64,000 bases of DNA from Pseudomonadota bacterium (GTDB lineage Bacteria > Bdellovibrionota > FAC87 > UBA2466): contig RFNV01000159.1 in assembly GCA_009927005.1 (NCBI GenBank), forward strand, positions 5,605 to 69,604. Direction: 5' to 3'. Numbering within the stretch: the stretch's first letter is position 1; each line of letters opens with the position of its first letter. The notes beneath the pieces are model-generated. The model did not search any database and was not told the DNA's origin. It was given only the letters and a program-made list of their open reading frames with translations. This document shows positions 29,922-40,799 of the stretch, one piece after another. Both the position numbers and the translations under genes were made by a program.

Positions 29922-30514
29922 TGATAAACCGGCAGCCCGGTGATCTTGGGAAGTTCCATCAGAAATCTCTCAATGGGAAAACCCATGATATTGGTATAAG
30001 AACCCTCGATCTTCTCAATAAAGATCGCCCCCAACCCTTGGATGGCATAACTTCCCGCTTTGTCATAGGGTTCGCGAGTTGCTGCATAAGCTTTGATTTC
30101 ATCTTCTGACAAATTGCGAAAAGTCACAAAAGAAGAAACAGCAGCGCTACATTGTTTGCCAGAAAGAGTTTGAAGAACCATGCCCGTGACCACTTGATGG
30201 GTATTACCACTCAAACTAGCTAACATCGATAATACATCCGCAGTGTTTTTAGGTTTTCCTAATACCTTTTCTTTCAGAACAACCAAAGTATCGGCAGCAA
30301 TCACGACGTCATTCTGGTTATGAGCATGTTTGAGACCTGCCTGCCCTTTTCTTCTCGCATTCTCGAGAACTCCTGACTCAATCAATTCATGGGAGGGATC
30401 GGTTTCTTCCACCTCTGCTGGAATGACCTCAAAGGAGAGCCCTAAAGCCTCCAGAAGCTGTCGTCTCCTCGGAGAAGCGGACGCCAAAAGTAATTTAGGA
30501 AGTGAACTCTTCAT
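29906..30514 (-). CDS. maf: Maf-like nucleoside-triphosphate pyrophosphatase
   Basis: LLLASASPRRRQLL N-terminus plus YAIQG and EGSYTNIMGFP motifs. Confidence 0.8.
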   Translation of the reverse strand: MKSSLPKLLLASASPRRRQLLEALGLSFEVIPAEVEETDPSHELIESGVLENARRKGQAGLKHAHNQNDVVIAADTLVVLKEKVLGKPKNTADVLSMLASLSGNTHQVVTGMVLQTLSGKQCSAAVSSFVTFRNLSEDEIKAYAATREPYDKAGSYAIQGLGAIFIEKIEGSYTNIMGFPIERFLMELPKITGLPVYQWFLP

Positions 30515-30708
30515 TTTGAATAGAATTCCGGCGGGGCGACCATAGCGAAGTCGGTGTGCCCGGTCAAAAAAAAAATGGGGGGCTTCCGATGACGATCTTA
30601 AGTTATTGTTTTTACGTGCTTTTTACGGGTGTGACAAAAATGGTTTCCCCCCAAAAATCACTTTTTGGTGCAAAACGTCAAACATTGTGGTATAAGCCTT
30701 CACGCTTT

Positions 30709-31224
30709 ATGAAAACAAAACAAACAAGTCACGAATTCAAAGTTGGGGATAACGCTGTTCATTTATCTCACGGAGTGGGAATTGTACGTGGGATCGAAGA
30801 GCGTGAATTTGGGCAAGGGCTGAAGCAGCGCTTTTACATCTTAGAGATTCAAGACAATGGCGCTCCTAAGAAGGTTTTTGTGCCCATCGGAACTTCCGGA
30901 CAACGTTTACGTCCGATCATTAAAATGAAGGAAGTGGAAGAAGTTTATCGCATTTTAAGAAAACGCGATGGAAGTGATTTAGATTATCAGACTTGGAACC
31001 GCCGTTACCGAGAGTATATGGAAAAGATCCATACCGGTAAGGTTCAAGAAATTGCGGAAGTTCTCAGAGCTCTCTTCTTGTTAAAACATGATAAAGAACT
31101 TTCCTTTGGCGAAAGAAAGCTATTAGACCAAGCGAAAACTCTGTTGGTAAAGGAATTGTCTTTAGCTCAAAACATCCTTGAAGCTGATGTTGAAAGAGAG
31201 CTAGAAGCTATTTTTGGAACATGA
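30709..31224 (+). CDS. CarD/CdnL-family transcriptional regulator
   Basis: FKVGDNAVHLSHGVGIVRGIEERE RNAP-interacting Tudor-like N-terminal domain. The start was chosen at the internal MKTKQ; the track ORF starts at 30556. Confidence 0.65.
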   Translation: MKTKQTSHEFKVGDNAVHLSHGVGIVRGIEEREFGQGLKQRFYILEIQDNGAPKKVFVPIGTSGQRLRPIIKMKEVEEVYRILRKRDGSDLDYQTWNRRYREYMEKIHTGKVQEIAEVLRALFLLKHDKELSFGERKLLDQAKTLLVKELSLAQNILEADVERELEAIFGT

Positions 31225-31227
31225 TAA

Positions 31228-32004
31228 ATGGGTTTCATCGATGCTATTCTACTGGGAGCCGGACACGGAACCCGATATTCCCAGTCAGAAGAGCAACCCA
31301 ATCAAATTCCGAAGCAGTTCCATCTTCTCGAAGGAAAACCTGTATTCATTTGGGCACTCAAGTCAATCGTGGAGCAAGCTCCGATTCGCCGAGTGGTTAT
31401 CGTAATCGCTCCAAACCACTTAGAGTTAGCTGAACGCCAATTAAGGGGTCATTTCTCTAAACCAGATTCTCTTCAGCTAGAATTTGTGTCCGGGGGGAAT
31501 CGCCGACAAGATTCTTCCGTAAATGCAATCCAACTGATCAAGAGCCTCACACCCCATCCAAAGCTCGTCATGATCCATGATGCTTGTCGTCCCTTTTTAG
31601 GCAATACACTTAAAAATGCCTTAGCATCTTATGCCCAGCAGAGAGATTTTAGCGGGTGGATCCCGGGATTATCAGTTACGGAAACCATTAAACGGGTGAA
31701 AGAGGGCAAAGTTTTGGAAACGATTGACCGTTCGGAACTCATCCGGGTTCAGACTCCTCAGCTATTCAAGTTTGATGTCTTAATGAAAATTCTTGAGCAA
31801 ATTCAGTTGAATTCCGAAATGAACTTCACAGATGACGCCTCTATGTTGGAGCGTTTTGAAGAAAAAATAGCTGTTTTTCCTGGCGACGAACGGAATGTTA
31901 AAATGACTTACGAAATTGACTCCCAAGTCCTAGGCCACTTTTTAAAAACCAAGGGAAGGATTGAGCCATGCGAATCGGAACCGGTTACGACATTCACCGC
32001 CTGA
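31228..32004 (+). CDS. ispD: 2-C-methyl-D-erythritol 4-phosphate cytidylyltransferase
   Basis: AILLGAGHGTR N-terminus and the IspD fold. It overlaps ispF. Confidence 0.8.
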   Translation: MGFIDAILLGAGHGTRYSQSEEQPNQIPKQFHLLEGKPVFIWALKSIVEQAPIRRVVIVIAPNHLELAERQLRGHFSKPDSLQLEFVSGGNRRQDSSVNAIQLIKSLTPHPKLVMIHDACRPFLGNTLKNALASYAQQRDFSGWIPGLSVTETIKRVKEGKVLETIDRSELIRVQTPQLFKFDVLMKILEQIQLNSEMNFTDDASMLERFEEKIAVFPGDERNVKMTYEIDSQVLGHFLKTKGRIEPCESEPVTTFTA

Positions 32005-32456
32005 TCCCCACTGTCAAACTTGAACAAATTCCAGTCGGGGGCATTGAAATACCCTGTTACTATCGGGTTCAAGCTCATTCGGATGGAGATGTTTTAATTC
32101 ACGCTCTGGTCGACGCGTGCTTAGGCGCTCTTGCACTTGGAGACATTGGCCAATGGTTTCCGGATTCGGCAAAAGAACATCAAGATCGAAAAAGTTTAGA
32201 ATTTATCAAACCGGTTCTCCAAGAGATTCAGAAACTGGGATTTCAAATTAAACAAGTAGACTCCACTGTTTTTCTCGAAGAACCCAAGCTAGCCCCTCAC
32301 TCGGATGCTATTCGAAGAACCATTGCTTCAGCCGTAGGATTGGAGCTGGCAAATGTAAGCGTCAAAGCAAAAACAATGGAAGGCTTAGGCCCCGTAGGAG
32401 AACGAAAAGCCATCTCAGCACAAGTGACAGTCTTGCTTGAGGAAATTTGCGGATGA
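31968..32456 (+). CDS. ispF: 2-C-methyl-D-erythritol 2,4-cyclodiphosphate synthase
   Basis: MRIGTGYDIHRL and HSDGDV motifs. Confidence 0.9.
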   Translation: MRIGTGYDIHRLIPTVKLEQIPVGGIEIPCYYRVQAHSDGDVLIHALVDACLGALALGDIGQWFPDSAKEHQDRKSLEFIKPVLQEIQKLGFQIKQVDSTVFLEEPKLAPHSDAIRRTIASAVGLELANVSVKAKTMEGLGPVGERKAISAQVTVLLEEICG

Positions 32457-33934
32457 TCCAGATCACAAATACTCTCACGGGCAAGAAAGAGCCCTTCACA
32501 CCGATAGAGCCTGGCAAAGTGAAGATGTATGTGTGCGGACCAACCGTTTACAACTTTATACACATTGGAAATGCTCGCCCGTTAGTTTTTTTTGATGTTG
32601 TTGGTCGTTATCTTAAATTCTCCGGTTTCTCAGTAACCCGAGTGATGAATTACACCGATGTGGACGACAAAATTATCCAAAAGGCAAATGAAGAAAAGGT
32701 ATCCTGCGAGACAGTCACTCAGAAATACATAGCTGAATTTGAAGAAGACATGAAACTTTTGAAGGTTGAGCAACCTGATGCTCAGCCTAAGGTCACAGGA
32801 CACATCCCAGAGATCATTAAAATGATCGAGACCCTTATAGCAAAGGGATCAGCTTACGTTGCGGCCGATGGTGAAGTGTTTTTTTCTGTACGGTCCTTCC
32901 CCCAATACGGAAAGCTTTCCAAGAAAAAAATTGATGACCTTTTGGTAGGTGCTCGAGTTGCTCCAGATGAAAAGAAGAAAGATCCCCTCGATTTTTCACT
33001 TTGGAAACCTCGCAAAAATGAGAAGGAACCTGCCTGGGATAGCCCTTGGGGCCCAGGAAGACCTGGTTGGCACATTGAGTGCTCTGCTATGTCTATCAAA
33101 TATTTAGGCGAGACTTTCGATATTCATGGTGGCGGAATGGATCTCATGCACCCACACCATGAGAATGAAATCGCGCAATCTGAGGGCGCCACTGCTGTTC
33201 CATTTTGCAATTATTGGGTTCACAATAATCTCTTAACTATCAATTCGGAAAAGATGAGTAAGTCTTTGGGCAATATTTGGCTGACCCGAGATTTTATTAA
33301 GCGTTTTACGGCTGAGACTCTCAAGTTCTTTTTACTCTCTGGCCATTACCGTTCAACCCTCGACTTCTCCGAATCCCAAGTAAGAGAGCACCAAGCTGCC
33401 CTTCATCGAATCTATAAAGCTTTAGAAAAGGCTCATAAACTAACCCAGACCGACACCAATTTGAGTCAACCTCTGACCACTGAAGGAAATACAGCAGATA
33501 CTTTTGGAAAGGCATTTGGAGCCCATTGGAAAGAGGCAATGGACGATGACTTCAATACTGCGCGTGTTTTCGGTTTGGTCTTTGACTACGTCAGAGTGAT
33601 AAATGCCTTTGTTGATAAGAAGGGTTTTAAGTGGACAGTTGAGGCAAAAAATATCGTAAATCGTTTTCTTTCCGACATGAAAACTCTTTCTGGGGTGCTT
33701 AATTTGTTCGCTGAGGAACCAACGGCCTACTTACAAACTCTTCGGCTGCTCTTTCTAGCTGAGAAAGGTATGAGTGAGGCTCAGATCAAAGAGGCCATTT
33801 TGAAAAGAATTACTGCCAGAGCGGATAAAGACTTTTCTCTAGCAGATCAAATACGAAATGACCTTTTGGCAAACGGAATTGAGCTGATGGATAGAGGCAA
33901 CGAAACCGATTGGGACGTCAAATTTACTGGATAG
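32447..33934 (+). CDS. cysS: Cysteine--tRNA ligase
   Basis: HIGN and KMSKS class I motifs. Confidence 0.9.
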   Translation: MRMIQITNTLTGKKEPFTPIEPGKVKMYVCGPTVYNFIHIGNARPLVFFDVVGRYLKFSGFSVTRVMNYTDVDDKIIQKANEEKVSCETVTQKYIAEFEEDMKLLKVEQPDAQPKVTGHIPEIIKMIETLIAKGSAYVAADGEVFFSVRSFPQYGKLSKKKIDDLLVGARVAPDEKKKDPLDFSLWKPRKNEKEPAWDSPWGPGRPGWHIECSAMSIKYLGETFDIHGGGMDLMHPHHENEIAQSEGATAVPFCNYWVHNNLLTINSEKMSKSLGNIWLTRDFIKRFTAETLKFFLLSGHYRSTLDFSESQVREHQAALHRIYKALEKAHKLTQTDTNLSQPLTTEGNTADTFGKAFGAHWKEAMDDDFNTARVFGLVFDYVRVINAFVDKKGFKWTVEAKNIVNRFLSDMKTLSGVLNLFAEEPTAYLQTLRLLFLAEKGMSEAQIKEAILKRITARADKDFSLADQIRNDLLANGIELMDRGNETDWDVKFTG

Positions 33935-34547
33935 CAGAAAGCCAACGACTGGGCCGAACTCCACCGGAACTACCGACCGAAATCCACACCAAAGCGACTC
34001 GCCCTTTCAGACATGAATAGGGTACTGGCCCCCACTTTCTTGAATCCACACTATCTGAACGGTTATCTCCCAAAGCAAAGAAATGATCTGCTGGGACATC
34101 TACTGGGCCATAGTCTGCCAATTGTGATTTTCCTTTAGTGATTTGATAGGAGCGTCCACTCGGCCACTTCTCTAGGATCTGATTCGATTCGGGGGTCTCT
34201 TGGTATTCGGCCATCTCGCCATTAATCCAAAGCGAGCCTTCTTTAATTTCTACTCTATCACCCCCTAAAGCTACTATCCGTTTTACGTAGGTGTCCGTTC
34301 CTTGTTCTGGTACCGAAAAAGCAACGACTTCAGAACGCTTTGGTTTGCCGGTTCGGAAAAGCTCAAATGAGGAAAAAGGTAATCTCAAGTTAAAAGCAGA
34401 TTTAGAAACAAGGATGAGATCCCCCTTCAAGAGATTTGGCGTCATCGAATCGGAAGAAATTCTAAAATCTTCAACCACAAAAAGGCGCACCACCAGGGCA
34501 GTGGCAGTAGCGATAAGAAAAGATTTTGCAATGTTTTTTGGAGCCAT
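33924..34547 (-). CDS. lepB: Signal peptidase I
   Basis: SSDSMTPNL Ser box, GDNRSDSVDSR box, and an N-terminal TM. Confidence 0.85.
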   Translation of the reverse strand: MAPKNIAKSFLIATATALVVRLFVVEDFRISSDSMTPNLLKGDLILVSKSAFNLRLPFSSFELFRTGKPKRSEVVAFSVPEQGTDTYVKRIVALGGDRVEIKEGSLWINGEMAEYQETPESNQILEKWPSGRSYQITKGKSQLADYGPVDVPADHFFALGDNRSDSVDSRKWGPVPYSCLKGRVALVWISVGSSGGVRPSRWLSAIQ

Positions 34548-34550
34548 TAT

Positions 34551-36350
34551 TTAATCCAAAGATAGCGCTGCTAAAAATGCCTCTTGGGGAATTTCAACAT
34601 TCCCTACCGACTTCATTCTCTTTTTACCCTCTTTTTGTTTCTCAAGAAGTTTTCGTTTTCGAGAAATATCGCCGCCGTAACATTTAGCAGTAACATTTTT
34701 TCTCAATGGGGCAATGCGCTCTTTAGCAATAATTTTGCTCCCAATGGCAGCTTGGATAATCACTTCAAACATCTGCCGCTCGATAAGTTCTTTCATTTTG
34801 GAGGCGAGTTCTCTTCCTCGGTAGTACGCTTTGTCCTTGTGAATAATCCAACTCAAAGCATCGACGGGATTGGAATTAACTAAAAGATCTAACTTAACCA
34901 GATTACTTGGTTCGAAGCGTACAAACTCATAATCCAAACTGGCGTAGCCTTTACTAAAGCTTTTCAACTTATCGTAGAAAGAAAGCACAATCTCGTTAAA
35001 GGGAATATCGTATTCCAAAACAATGTGCTTAGGAGAGTGGTAGTGAAGTCGTGTTTGAGTTCCCCGTTTGTCTTCACAAAGCTTAATGAGATTTCCCAGA
35101 TAAGTTTCGGGAGTGTGAATCGTTGCATGAACAATCGGCTCTTCAATTGAAGCAATATGCTGGGCTGGCGGCAAATCGGACGGATTATAAATACTTAAGG
35201 TCTCGCCGCTCGTCGTATTCACTCGATAAATTACGCTCGGGGCAGTAGTCACCAAAGCGATTCCAAACTCTCTTTCCAGACGTTCTTGAATAATCTCCAT
35301 GTGGAGAAGTCCCAAGAATCCACATCGGAATCCAAACCCCAGAGCTTCCGAGGTCTCCATTTCGAAAGTAAACGAGCTGTCGTTGAGGCTCAGTTTTTCC
35401 ATTGCGACTTTCAAATTAGGATAATCGGAACTGTCCACGGGATAAATCCCACTGAACACCATCGCCTTAACTTCTTTAAATCCTGATAATGGTTTTGGAG
35501 CAGCTTGAGTGACATGAGTCAGGGTGTCCCCAATTTTTACGTCACGGACTGTTTTGATATTAGCCGTTAAAAATCCAACTTCTCCAGCGCCCAACTCTGA
35601 AATATCTGTGGGGTGAGGATTGAAAACTCCCAGACGAAGCACTTCATGCTCAGTTCCCGTGTTCATCATTTTAATTTTGTCGCCAAGTCTTAAGCTGCCC
35701 TGGACAACTCGAAACTGAACCACCACACCTTGATAGGGATCAAACCAAGCGTCAAAAATAAGAGCTTGCAAAGGCTCTTTTGCATTTCCCTTGGGGGGAG
35801 GCACTATTTCGACGACCTTTTCTAGGACTTCCCGAATGTTGATACCTTCTTTAGCACTGATAGGAACCGCATAGTCTGTTGGAATTCCGATGATGTCTTC
35901 AATTTCTTTTTTGGCATTTTCAACATCCGCACCGGGAAGGTCGATTTTGTTGAGAACAGGTACGATTTCGAGATTGTTATCCAAAGCTAAATAAACATTC
36001 GCAAGGGTTTGGGCCTCTACCCCCTGTGAAGCATCCACTACTAAAATAGCGCCTTCGCAAGCAGCAAGACTTCGTGAAACTTCATAAACAAAGTCGACAT
36101 GGCCAGGAGTATCGATCAAATTGAGAACATAATCCCGACCGTCTTTTGCAGTAAAATTGAGCCGAGCAGTTTGTGCCTTGATGGTAATCCCTCGCTCTCG
36201 CTCGATGTCCATCTTATCCATGAACTGATCACGCATCTCTCTTTTAGAAAGCGCTCCCGTGACCTCTAAGAGTCTGTCGGCAAGGGTAGATTTCCCATGA
36301 TCGATATGGGCAATGATACTAAAATTTCGAATGAGTTTTGGATCGGTCAC
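34551..36350 (-). CDS. lepA: Elongation factor 4
   Basis: [10 protein letters not shown]1 motif, DTPGHVDF and a LepA-specific C-terminal domain. Confidence 0.9.
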   Translation of the reverse strand: MTDPKLIRNFSIIAHIDHGKSTLADRLLEVTGALSKREMRDQFMDKMDIERERGITIKAQTARLNFTAKDGRDYVLNLIDTPGHVDFVYEVSRSLAACEGAILVVDASQGVEAQTLANVYLALDNNLEIVPVLNKIDLPGADVENAKKEIEDIIGIPTDYAVPISAKEGINIREVLEKVVEIVPPPKGNAKEPLQALIFDAWFDPYQGVVVQFRVVQGSLRLGDKIKMMNTGTEHEVLRLGVFNPHPTDISELGAGEVGFLTANIKTVRDVKIGDTLTHVTQAAPKPLSGFKEVKAMVFSGIYPVDSSDYPNLKVAMEKLSLNDSSFTFEMETSEALGFGFRCGFLGLLHMEIIQERLEREFGIALVTTAPSVIYRVNTTSGETLSIYNPSDLPPAQHIASIEEPIVHATIHTPETYLGNLIKLCEDKRGTQTRLHYHSPKHIVLEYDIPFNEIVLSFYDKLKSFSKGYASLDYEFVRFEPSNLVKLDLLVNSNPVDALSWIIHKDKAYYRGRELASKMKELIERQMFEVIIQAAIGSKIIAKERIAPLRKNVTAKCYGGDISRKRKLLEKQKEGKKRMKSVGNVEIPQEAFLAALSLD

Positions 36351-36362
36351 ACGTGAAACCAG

Positions 36363-36587
36363 TTAATTATCAAGAAGTCGAGCTTGTCGAGAATCTTTTC
36401 TACCTTCGTCTTCTTGAAGCAGTGAAAGCTGTCCTGGCAGATGTTGTTTGTGCTTTTCTAAAACCAAATCGATTCCCTCCCGAATATACTCAGCGATGGG
36501 AACTTTGGTCTTTTGATTGAGTAACTTCAAAAGATTGTTTTGGTCTTGGGTTATATAAACTGTCGTTGATATTTTTTTTCGTTCCAT
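36363..36587 (-). CDS. Ribbon-helix-helix (CopG/ParD-like) small DNA-binding protein
   Basis: KISTTVYITQDQNNLLKLL…PIAEYIREGIDLVL shows the RHH pattern of a beta strand plus two helices. It is 74 aa and lies 12 nt upstream of lepA. Confidence 0.4.
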   Translation of the reverse strand: MERKKISTTVYITQDQNNLLKLLNQKTKVPIAEYIREGIDLVLEKHKQHLPGQLSLLQEDEGRKDSRQARLLDN

Positions 36588-36647
36588 AGAGCCTACTTAC
36601 AATACATAGCCATACACATATGTCAACTAACGCACTGTTACACAGCC

Positions 36648-37976
36648 TTAGAGTAGGTTCGTTGCAATTTCCGCCAATAGGGATCGCTCCCCTTTCGACA
36701 AAGTAATGTGTCCGGAAATTTCTTCTCTCTTAAACCTCTCCACGACGTAGGTCAGACCGTTATTAGATGAATCGATGTACGGATTATCTATTTGATAACA
36801 GTCCCCAGTTAAAACAACTTTCGTTCCCTCACCTGCGCGAGTGATGATGGTTTTTATTTCATGTGGGGTTAAGTTTTGAGACTCATCTACAATTAAGTAC
36901 TGATAGGCCAAGCTTCTCCCACGAATGTAAGTGAGCGGTTCAATCTGCAGCATTCCTTGATTAATCAATTCCTGCCAAGCTCGTCGGTTCGGTCTTTTCT
37001 GTGGTTTTTCTCCCGCACTGAATGAAACAATGTAATCGATATTGTCGAAAATGGGCTGCATCCAAGGATTTAGCTTCTCTTCCACTTCTCCGGGGAGATA
37101 TCCAATGTCTTTTCCAAGTGGGAATATCGGTCGTGAGACCAATAGCTTTTGGTATTTACCATCATCAATCGTTTTCTGAAGCCCGCAAGCTAAAGCCATC
37201 AATGTTTTTCCCGTTCCTGCTTTTCCTACAAGACTGACTAAGGCAAGCTCATCATCGAGAAGAGCATCCATAATACAGGCTTGCTCGGCATTTCTGGGTT
37301 TGATTCCCCAAACTCCCTGAGGAGGGGTTTTGAGAGGCACCAATTCATTCACTCCCGCCATATATCTCGCGGTAGCGAAGTGTTCTGGGTCTTTTTGATC
37401 TTTTAAAATGACATACGTATTCGCGAATAGTTCTGGTTGTTGAACTGGCAAACGCTTATCCAAAAGAAACTTATCGACCACATCCGAAGGGACATCCATG
37501 GTGATCATGCCGGTGTAAAGCTCGTCAATACTTACTCGCGATGGTTCATAATCGACCGAATTAATCCCTAAAGCGTCGGCTTTAACTCTTAAATTGACGT
37601 CCTTCGTAACAAATACAACGCTCGTATTTGTCTTTTCCTGACGGAACTTGAGGGCTACCGCTAAAATCTTGTGATCATTTTTTTCGTGGGCCATGTCCGA
37701 GGGGAGGTATTTCTCTGCGTCCCGGAACAGATCCACTATCAAGGTACCCTTTTTACCAATCTCTACTCCGTTGGTAAGAGAGCCGCGTTTTCTAATTTCA
37801 TCGAGATACCGAGAAAAGTGACGGGCATTACGGCCAATTTCGGTAAGATCTTTCTTGAAACGGTCCATTTCCTCAAGAACCGTAATGGGAACAACGACAA
37901 CGTTGTCTTCAAACTTATAAATACACTGGGGATCGTAGAGAATTACGCTAGTATCGAGAACGAATGTTTTTTTCAA
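36648..37976 (-). CDS. PhoH-like ATPase with N-terminal PIN domain (YlaK family)
   Basis: N-terminal VLDTSVIL PIN motif and GKAGTGKT Walker A. Confidence 0.75.
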   Translation of the reverse strand: MKKTFVLDTSVILYDPQCIYKFEDNVVVVPITVLEEMDRFKKDLTEIGRNARHFSRYLDEIRKRGSLTNGVEIGKKGTLIVDLFRDAEKYLPSDMAHEKNDHKILAVALKFRQEKTNTSVVFVTKDVNLRVKADALGINSVDYEPSRVSIDELYTGMITMDVPSDVVDKFLLDKRLPVQQPELFANTYVILKDQKDPEHFATARYMAGVNELVPLKTPPQGVWGIKPRNAEQACIMDALLDDELALVSLVGKAGTGKTLMALACGLQKTIDDGKYQKLLVSRPIFPLGKDIGYLPGEVEEKLNPWMQPIFDNIDYIVSFSAGEKPQKRPNRRAWQELINQGMLQIEPLTYIRGRSLAYQYLIVDESQNLTPHEIKTIITRAGEGTKVVLTGDCYQIDNPYIDSSNNGLTYVVERFKREEISGHITLSKGERSLLAEIATNLL

Positions 37977-39619
37977 TGAAGTATTATCCTCGAGATGTCG
38001 TTAAATAACGTTAACACGACTAGTGTTAAAATGAAAACCATTCCAATTTGATTAGCTATTTCCATCGTGCGAATGGTGACCGGCTTTCCTTTGATTGCTT
38101 CAATAGTAAAGAAAAGCAGATGACCACCATCTAAGATGGGTACAGGAAATAGGTTTAACAGAAAAAGGTTAATACTAATCAAGGCCATCATTTGGAGGAA
38201 CTGTACTAAGCCTGCATCTAAACTTTTCCCTGCCACAGTAGCGATGAGTACTGGGCCCCCCAAGTTTTTAATGGAAATTCCACCAGTCGCTAATTTAGCC
38301 AGACTAACAATCATTTTCCGAGCGAGTTCATTGGTCTCTCCAACTGCCTTTACCAACAAGGCGGGAATCCCTCGAACTTGAACGGCAGTGTAATCCGGCT
38401 CCTCAAAAACCAGGTAAGGAGCAAATCCAATCATGTATTTTTTAAATTTTTGATGCGTGATGGGATCTTCTTGAGTGGTTTCGACAGGCTTTAAATCTAA
38501 GGTTACTGGCTTGCCTTGTCTTTCCACGGTGACGGAAACGGAACTTCCTTTAGCCCCAGTGGTTTGAACGCTTTCCACAATCGCATCAAAATTCATCACC
38601 TGATTATCACCAATTTTCGTTATGCGATCCCCGGCGAGAAGGCCCCCTTTTTCTGCGGGACTATCTTTAGAAACCTGTCGAACGAATGTCTCAGCAGGAA
38701 CCCATCCAAAGTAAGCATCCAAATCGACCTCTTTTTTAGCTGGATACACGAGACTTACTTTTTTTTCCTCGGGCTTCTTTTTACCTTCAGCAAGCTGTTG
38801 GTAAACCAGTTCGATCGGCTGGGAAGCTTGCCACTGAAGCGCAAGTTCATTTCTAAGCTCTTCAAAAGAGCCAATTTCCTTATTTCCCACTTTGGTAATA
38901 AAGTCGCCGGTTCTTAGACCCGCGCGATAAGCGACCGTTTCGGGATTGGAAATGCCTACCACCGAAGCCAAAGGAGTTGCTGAAATTCCTTTGATTCCCC
39001 CGACAGTTTCTTCTTCACCATAAGGATTCTTTGCTTGAACTTTACTGAGCTGGATAGACAGCTTCACTTCTGCTTGGGCTCTTTGAACCGTGACTTCAAC
39101 TGTTTGTCCTTCTTTGGGTCGAGTCCATTCATCTAGTTCTTGCCAAGTTGAAACAGATTGCCCATTGAGAGCTAAAATTTTATCCCCGGGTCGAAAACCA
39201 GCCTGCCACGCGGGGCTATCCGATAAAACAGCTCCGACTCGAGTGCTTACCTGAGGCTGCCCAACCCAAAAAACAACCATAAAAAGAACGTAAGCAAGTA
39301 ATAGGTTCGCAATCGGGCCAGCTGCTACAACTGCAAATCTTTTGTAAAGGGCTTGGGTGGAAAATGCTCGATCAGCTTCTTCGGGAGGAACCGGTTTATA
39401 AGGATCATCGCCCATTAATTTTACGTAACCGCCCAGTGGGATGAGAGAGAGACAGTATTCAGTTTCTCCCCAAGTCTTTTTTAGGATTTTTTTTCCAAAA
39501 CCAAGAGAGAATGTTTCAACTTTTACTCGGAAAAATTTAGCGACAAGATAGTGGCCCAACTCATGGAAAAATATGAGCCCACCCAATAAAACAACCATTC
39601 CAATTAAGGATGTAAACAC
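37973..39619 (-). CDS. rseP: RIP zinc metalloprotease RseP (site-2 protease, M50)
   Basis: HELGHYLVAKFF HExxH in TM1, two PDZ domains and the C-terminal LDGG motif. Confidence 0.8.
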   Translation of the reverse strand: MFTSLIGMVVLLGGLIFFHELGHYLVAKFFRVKVETFSLGFGKKILKKTWGETEYCLSLIPLGGYVKLMGDDPYKPVPPEEADRAFSTQALYKRFAVVAAGPIANLLLAYVLFMVVFWVGQPQVSTRVGAVLSDSPAWQAGFRPGDKILALNGQSVSTWQELDEWTRPKEGQTVEVTVQRAQAEVKLSIQLSKVQAKNPYGEEETVGGIKGISATPLASVVGISNPETVAYRAGLRTGDFITKVGNKEIGSFEELRNELALQWQASQPIELVYQQLAEGKKKPEEKKVSLVYPAKKEVDLDAYFGWVPAETFVRQVSKDSPAEKGGLLAGDRITKIGDNQVMNFDAIVESVQTTGAKGSSVSVTVERQGKPVTLDLKPVETTQEDPITHQKFKKYMIGFAPYLVFEEPDYTAVQVRGIPALLVKAVGETNELARKMIVSLAKLATGGISIKNLGGPVLIATVAGKSLDAGLVQFLQMMALISINLFLLNLFPVPILDGGHLLFFTIEAIKGKPVTIRTMEIANQIGMVFILTLVVLTLFNDISRIILH

Positions 39620-39641
39620 CGGACCTCCGAAATTTTCCTAA

Positions 39642-40799
39642 TCATATTCGATTTATAGCGGTCTTGGCAACTTGGCGCCCGACTCTGTCGGCCTCAAAAA
39701 CTTCGGAAAGTTGATGAATGGGCATTCCGGGGAATTCTTGAAGAGTAGCGTCAATCATTTCGGGAATCTGAGTAAATCCGATCCGACGATTTAAAAAAGC
39801 CTCTACTGCGATTTCATTTGCCGCGTTCAAGGCAACAATATGGCTCTGCCCAGCGCGAAGCGCCTTACGCGCAAGCCCTAAGCAAGGAAACCGGTGAAGA
39901 TCAGGCTCAAAAAACTCCAATCGAGACATTTGGTCTAAAGTAAGCTTTTTGATGGGCTGCAAGAGCCTTCCTGGATAAGAAAGGGCATAGCCAATTGCAG
40001 ATTTCATGTCAGGTAAAGACAACTGAGCCAGATTTGTATTGTCTTTTAACCAAATAGCCCCGTGGACAATGCTCTGCGGGTGTACCCACACTTCAATCTG
40101 GTTCTCTGGAAACCCAAAGAGGAAGTGCGCTTCAATCAACTCCAGGCCCTTATTCATGAGAGAGGCAGAATCGACCGATATCTTCGGTCCCATTTTCCAA
40201 TTGGGATGGGAAATCGCCATCTCTGGGGTTACTGACTTTAAATCCAAGTCCGGCTGTTTAAGAAAGGGACCTCCGCTGGCTGTGAGTACGACTGTCTGTA
40301 CTTCTGAAATCTCTACTCCATTCAGAAGCTGGTACAAAGCATTGTGCTCACTATCGACAGGGACGATCTTAGCGCTGCTTTTTCTCACCGCTTCGTTAAA
40401 TAAACTCCCCGCAGTAACTAGGGATTCTTTATTGGCTAAACCAATCAGTTTACCGTGTTGGATTGCATGAAGAGTGGGCTCAAGCCCCGCAAACCCCACA
40501 ATCCCAACAATCACTACATCAACTTCGCTTGCCTCGATGCACTTTTTAATTCCTTCGATGCCCGATCCCACTTGAAGCTTTGGAAATTCCTGTCTTAAAA
40601 AATGAGCCGCTGCTTCATCCTGCACGCTCACTACCTGTGGTTTGAAAAGACGAATTTGTTCCTGAAGTTTCGTAAGGTTTTTTCCAGCTGCTAAACTTAC
40701 AGCTTCAAACTGTTCGGGAAAGGCCCTGATAAGCTCGAGGGTATAGGTGCCGATAGTCCCTGTGGAACCCAAAACACAAACTTTCCGTTTTGAAGACAC
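39642..40799 (-). CDS. dxr: 1-deoxy-D-xylulose 5-phosphate reductoisomerase
   Basis: VLGSTGSIG-type N-terminus (VLGSTGTIG) plus Dxr middle and C-terminal domains. Confidence 0.9.
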   Translation of the reverse strand: MSSKRKVCVLGSTGTIGTYTLELIRAFPEQFEAVSLAAGKNLTKLQEQIRLFKPQVVSVQDEAAAHFLRQEFPKLQVGSGIEGIKKCIEASEVDVVIVGIVGFAGLEPTLHAIQHGKLIGLANKESLVTAGSLFNEAVRKSSAKIVPVDSEHNALYQLLNGVEISEVQTVVLTASGGPFLKQPDLDLKSVTPEMAISHPNWKMGPKISVDSASLMNKGLELIEAHFLFGFPENQIEVWVHPQSIVHGAIWLKDNTNLAQLSLPDMKSAIGYALSYPGRLLQPIKKLTLDQMSRLEFFEPDLHRFPCLGLARKALRAGQSHIVALNAANEIAVEAFLNRRIGFTQIPEMIDATLQEFPGMPIHQLSEVFEADRVGRQVAKTAINRI

